Assembly: GCA_049314435.1 (NCBI GenBank)
Contig: JBMOFD010000067.1
Location: forward strand, 1 to 10,369
Origin: Chlamydiia bacterium
Lineage (GTDB): Bacteria > Chlamydiota > Chlamydiia > Chlamydiales > JBMOFD01
Direction: 5' to 3'
DNA: 10,369 nucleotides
In this document: positions 7,227-10,369 of the stretch, one piece after another
Layout of the letters: every line of letters starts with the position of its first letter
How positions within the stretch are numbered: position 1 is the first letter of the stretch
Position numbers and translations under genes: made by a program
The notes under the pieces: generated by a model
The model's input: only the letters and a program-made list of their open reading frames with translations
Told to the model about the DNA's origin: nothing
Database searches by the model: none

Positions 7227-7703
7227 ATGTATCGCATCAAACAGCTCCTAGGGCCCTGCTTCCTCCAGAAAGCCCTGACGAAGAAGAGGAAGCACTGGGA
7301 ACTAAAGAGCTCCACGTCAGGGCATTCTCCAAATGCATCCTCATCAGGTCCGATTTCGGAGAAGTCGACAAGGAAGGGGACGGATGAGTTGATGGAGGTA
7401 GCCTGTCAGTCTCTGCCTATACCTGTTGAATGGGCTGAGCGAGACGTCATCCGGCCGGTGGTCATCCCGCACCCAGTTCAAGCGCGTCAGGAGACTGCGA
7501 CAAGAGTGGCCTCAAGTGTGCGTGCTATTTCGTCTCCTACGGACTGGTGTTTTACCTGTGGCGGGTCCCTCAGTCAGGAGGTGATTGACATCGTGGTGAT
7601 TCTGAACGTCCTTCGTGAGATGAGTGCGGGTCGTCGAGGTGCGCAAACCACCGTTTGGCTTCCGCTTGAAAAGCGTGGCGATCCTCTTCGGAGAGCTTTT
7701 TGA
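7227..7703 (+). CDS. Hypothetical 158-aa protein
   Basis: ATG ORF starting 47 nt after tspO and filling otherwise empty sequence. Ser-rich low-complexity segment and one CFTC. Its 3' end overlaps the convergent photolyase by 134 nt. Confidence 0.45.
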   Translation: MYRIKQLLGPCFLQKALTKKRKHWELKSSTSGHSPNASSSGPISEKSTRKGTDELMEVACQSLPIPVEWAERDVIRPVVIPHPVQARQETATRVASSVRAISSPTDWCFTCGGSLSQEVIDIVVILNVLREMSAGRRGAQTTVWLPLEKRGDPLRRAF

Positions 7704-9153
7704 GGCCCATCAGAGCGGTTGCCATTCGAGGATTCCTGCGAAACTCCGTTTCATGCCTCAGCATAAAATCCCAATAGAGGAAGTTGAAAGGGCATGCTTT
7801 TGGCCCGGTTCGCTGCTTGACATCGTAACGGCAGCTTTGACAGTAGTTCGACATGCGATGGACATAGGCCCCAGAGCTGACATAGGGCTTAGTCGCAAAG
7901 AATCCTCCATCGGCAAATAGGCCCATTCCGTAGACATTCGGGACCATGACCCAGTCGTAAGCATCGATGAAGAGCTCCATAAACCAGTGGAGCACCGCTT
8001 CAGGGCGAATGCCTGCTAATGTGCAAAAATTAGTGACGATCATCAACCTCTGGATGTGATGCGCGTAGCCCCACTCGAGGGTCTGATCGACCGTTTGGTC
8101 CACGCAGCACATGCCACTCTTTCCCGTCCAAAAGAAAGCGGGCAGATCGCGATCGGCCTTGAGATGGTTTTGTTTGAGGACCTCGGGCATCTGGAGCCAA
8201 TAGACCCCATAGATGAACTCTCTCCAGCCGATGATTTGGCGAATGAAAGCCTCTGCCGACTCCAGGCGTGCCTTTCCATTCCGATAAGCCTTTTCTGCAG
8301 CCTCTACACACTCAAGAGGATGGAGCAGCCCAATATTGAGCAGAGGGGAGAGTAGGGCATGGCGAAGAAAGGGCTGACCAATGGCCATTGCATCTTGATG
8401 AGGCCCGAAAAGGTCCAGCTCGTGGTGGATAAATTTCTGCAGATGGAGCAAAGACTCCTCTCGCGTTACTGGCCACCAGAATGTGCGGGCGTCTCCGGGG
8501 TTGTCTGGAAACTCCTTCTGCACCAGCTTCATCACCTCGCGAACGATCGGGTCATCACTGCGGATGGGAGGTTGTCGACCACTTAACCCCTTCTCGTAGC
8601 CCTTGCGGTTGTCAGCATCAAAGTTCCAGCGGCCTCCTTCGGGCCCTCCTTCCTTGTCCATGAGGATGTTGTACCGCTTGCGCATCGAACGATAGTGGGT
8701 CTCCATCAGCAGGTGGCGCTTGCCCGCCTGTTGCCTGCAAAACTCCTCGGGATCCAGCAAAAACAGGTCGTTACGATGCGTTCGGAGCTCAATGTGCTCA
8801 TCTTTCACGATCTTCTCTAGGAAGGGAAGAAACCCATAGTCCGGTGGCCGCAGAATATGGACTTCAGATGGCGAAAACCTCTTTAGATGCGACCTCCAGC
8901 CCTTTTCAAACGACTCAGTCTGATCGAGCGGGTGGTAATCGACTTGGTAACCCTGATCCTTTGCCCAAGCGGCAAAATGGCGCATAGCACTGAAGAGAAG
9001 GACCAGCTTGTGCTGATGGTAACGAAGTTGCGAGGCCCGCTCGTTGGATTCAATCAACAGAATGGGCTGGCCTTTGGGCCAGTCCTTCAAAATCTGTGAG
9101 TTATAGGGCAACCCATTGGCAAAAATCCAGAGAGTTTTAGAGGCGCCCGGCAC
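7570..9153 (-). CDS. phrB: Fe-S cluster bacterial cryptochrome/(6-4) photolyase (FeS-BCP / CryPro, Agrobacterium PhrB-type)
   Basis: YHQHKLVLLFSAMRHFA, METHYRSMRKR, PEGGRWNFDADNRK, FGPHQDAM, EAFIRQIIGWREF, catalytic YAHHIQRLM, FIDAYDWVMVPNV and ATKPY. Four Fe-S cysteines in GMCC, MSNYCQSC and ACPFN. GTG at 9153 is preceded by GGAGG (9159-9163); ATG 9165 is the alternative. Confidence 0.95.
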   Translation of the reverse strand: MPGASKTLWIFANGLPYNSQILKDWPKGQPILLIESNERASQLRYHQHKLVLLFSAMRHFAAWAKDQGYQVDYHPLDQTESFEKGWRSHLKRFSPSEVHILRPPDYGFLPFLEKIVKDEHIELRTHRNDLFLLDPEEFCRQQAGKRHLLMETHYRSMRKRYNILMDKEGGPEGGRWNFDADNRKGYEKGLSGRQPPIRSDDPIVREVMKLVQKEFPDNPGDARTFWWPVTREESLLHLQKFIHHELDLFGPHQDAMAIGQPFLRHALLSPLLNIGLLHPLECVEAAEKAYRNGKARLESAEAFIRQIIGWREFIYGVYWLQMPEVLKQNHLKADRDLPAFFWTGKSGMCCVDQTVDQTLEWGYAHHIQRLMIVTNFCTLAGIRPEAVLHWFMELFIDAYDWVMVPNVYGMGLFADGGFFATKPYVSSGAYVHRMSNYCQSCRYDVKQRTGPKACPFNFLYWDFMLRHETEFRRNPRMATALMGLKKLSEEDRHAFQAEAKRWFAHLDDPHSSHEGRSESPRCQSPPD

Positions 9154-9874
9154 GCATGCCTCCATCTACACAGAGTACCGCTCCGGTCATCCACTCGGAT
9201 TCTGGACCCAGTATCCAGCTGGCGGCCTCGACAAGGTCTTTGGGCTGACCAATTCGACCTAAAGGATGATAGCCGATGCTTGCCTGCAAGGCAGAGGGGT
9301 TCTGCGTGATCTGCGCTGAAAGGGGAGTGTCCACCAATCCTGGGGCAATGCAGTTGACCCGCACATGTTTTTTCGCATACGTCATGGCAGCAGCGCGCAT
9401 CATGCCCTCAAGGCCCCCCTTGGCCGCTGCTATGGCCTCGTGGTTGGGGAGTCCAACGCCTGCTGCAGCGGAGGAGAAGAAGAGAATGCTGCCCCCGCCC
9501 TGTTCGGCCATCAGAGGAGCCACAGTCCTCAGGGCTAGAAAGGCTCCTACTAGATTGACCAAGAGCGTTTGTTGAAATTGCTCAACTGACGTGAGATGAG
9601 CGGGTCGCAAAAGAATCGAGCCAACGCAGTAAGCCATCGCCTCAATGGTTCCCAGGGTCGCTCGGGCGCGCCCAACGACCTCTTCTACTTGCGTTTGTTC
9701 CAGCAGATCGCCCGTAAAGATCTTAAGCCCAGGGAATTCCTGATTTAGGGAGGTCAACTTTTCAGGATGGCGGCATACGACCCCGACCTGTGTACCGCTG
9801 GCCAAAAGATGGCGGCTGAGAGCGGAGCCGATGCCTCCGCTACCGCCTAAGATGAGGGCTGTTTTGGGAGCCAT
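9137..9874 (-). CDS. Short-chain dehydrogenase/reductase, atypical (no catalytic Tyr)
   Basis: LGGSGGIG Rossmann motif, FFSSAAA, VRVNCIAPGLVDTPL, HPLGRIGQPKD and MTGAVLCVDGG. The YxxxK position reads IAAAK. Overlaps the start of the Fe-S photolyase gene. Confidence 0.92.
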   Translation of the reverse strand: MAPKTALILGGSGGIGSALSRHLLASGTQVGVVCRHPEKLTSLNQEFPGLKIFTGDLLEQTQVEEVVGRARATLGTIEAMAYCVGSILLRPAHLTSVEQFQQTLLVNLVGAFLALRTVAPLMAEQGGGSILFFSSAAAGVGLPNHEAIAAAKGGLEGMMRAAAMTYAKKHVRVNCIAPGLVDTPLSAQITQNPSALQASIGYHPLGRIGQPKDLVEAASWILGPESEWMTGAVLCVDGGMRAGRL

Positions 9875-10018
9875 GTGGACCCTGCCTCTTGCTGAAGTTC
9901 ACGCAGCATCCACGAAAAATCAGTTTATGGAAAGGGAGAAGATACCCCAGTAAAGCGGCCCTGAAAGACCCTTGGGTTCATCGAGGGACGCGGCAGGAAA
10001 CCCACTACTTCAGTAACC

Positions 10019-10058
10019 GTTGGAGGTGAGATCGCCTTGTGGTTGGAGGTGAGATCGC
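10019..10058. repeat. Perfect 17-nt direct repeat, period 23 nt
   Basis: GTTGGAGGTGAGATCGC at 10019-10035 and 10042-10058, separated by CTTGTG. Confidence 0.9.
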
Positions 10059-10199
10059 GCTTGAAATCGGTGAATGCCCAGAGTGCGAAGCCAGACCGCT
10101 GCATCGACCCGGGTAAAACAAACATAACATACATTATCAGACTAATAAAGTTAGGTCGGTCAAGTACCGCCTGTTTTTGCAATCATCCCCCCAACCACT

Positions 10200-10369
10200 T
10201 TACTGTGCTGCGCAGCCGGTAACCTGCTGGTTGCCGTTGATATAGAACTGGTAGCATGCTCCCCTATACAGCTGTGTCTGAGTTCTGGAGTTGTAGCCCA
10301 CTGTTGTTGCATCCGTACTGCAGGTCTGGTAAGGCGCCGGAACCGTATCATACCAGGTGCTGCTGCTGC
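10200..10369 (-). CDS. 3' end of a hypothetical protein, 5'-truncated by the window edge, possibly extracytoplasmic
   Basis: Manual translation from 10367 gives SSSTWYDTVPAPYQTCSTDATTVGYNSRTQTQLYRGACYQFYINGNQQVTGCAAQ then TAA (10202-10200). The frame is open to the edge. Rich in Thr/Tyr/Gln with three Cys. Not in the ORF track. Confidence 0.6.
   Translation of the reverse strand, partial: SSSTWYDTVPAPYQTCSTDATTVGYNSRTQTQLYRGACYQFYINGNQQVTGCAAQ

Noticed and set aside
365..9575. Many short alternative-frame or antisense ORFs (e.g. 365-739, 2007-2366, 4567-4854, 5869-6156, 8056-8355, 9276-9575)
   Set aside because: They are nested in well-supported genes and have no motifs, consistent with shadow ORFs.
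10019..10058. CRISPR or IS-end interpretation of the direct repeat
   Set aside because: Only two 17-nt copies with a 6-nt spacer, and no cas or transposase gene in the window.
10132..10162. Sigma70-like promoter on minus (TTGACC ... GATAAT); also TTGACC and TATAGT upstream of the CPD photolyase
   Set aside because: The spacing is non-canonical (19 nt or more), so no promoter can be supported.
9925..10182. 85-aa minus ORF, and the overlapping ORFs 10037-10222 and 10160-10351
   Set aside because: TTG start, contains an out-of-frame 23-nt-period repeat, and no motif. The frame ending at 10200 explains the right edge better.

Overview
Bacterial window with two gene blocks; no RNA gene, mobile element or CRISPR array was found. 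Block 1 (459-3742) is a probable small-molecule biosynthetic trio: an L-amino-acid-ligase-type ATP-grasp enzyme and a clavaminate-synthase-like Fe(II)/2-oxoglutarate oxygenase on +, converging on an Asp/Glu-racemase-family gene on -, with a perfect 18-bp hairpin between them. These three families are normally cytoplasmic, yet here each protein has an N-terminal export-signal-like extension (two signal-peptidase-I-like, one lipoprotein-like). This is the best candidate for an undescribed system. Block 2 (4277-9874) is a light/UV-response cluster of two convergent units: class III-like CPD photolyase, TIGR01777 oxidoreductase and TspO on +, and an atypical SDR plus an Fe-S (6-4) photolyase (FeS-BCP/PhrB type) on -. 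Also present are two orphan ORFs, a 12-bp palindrome, two short direct repeats, and the 3' end of a Cys-containing CDS at the right edge that the ORF track misses. All family calls come from motif recognition by eye, not from database searches.
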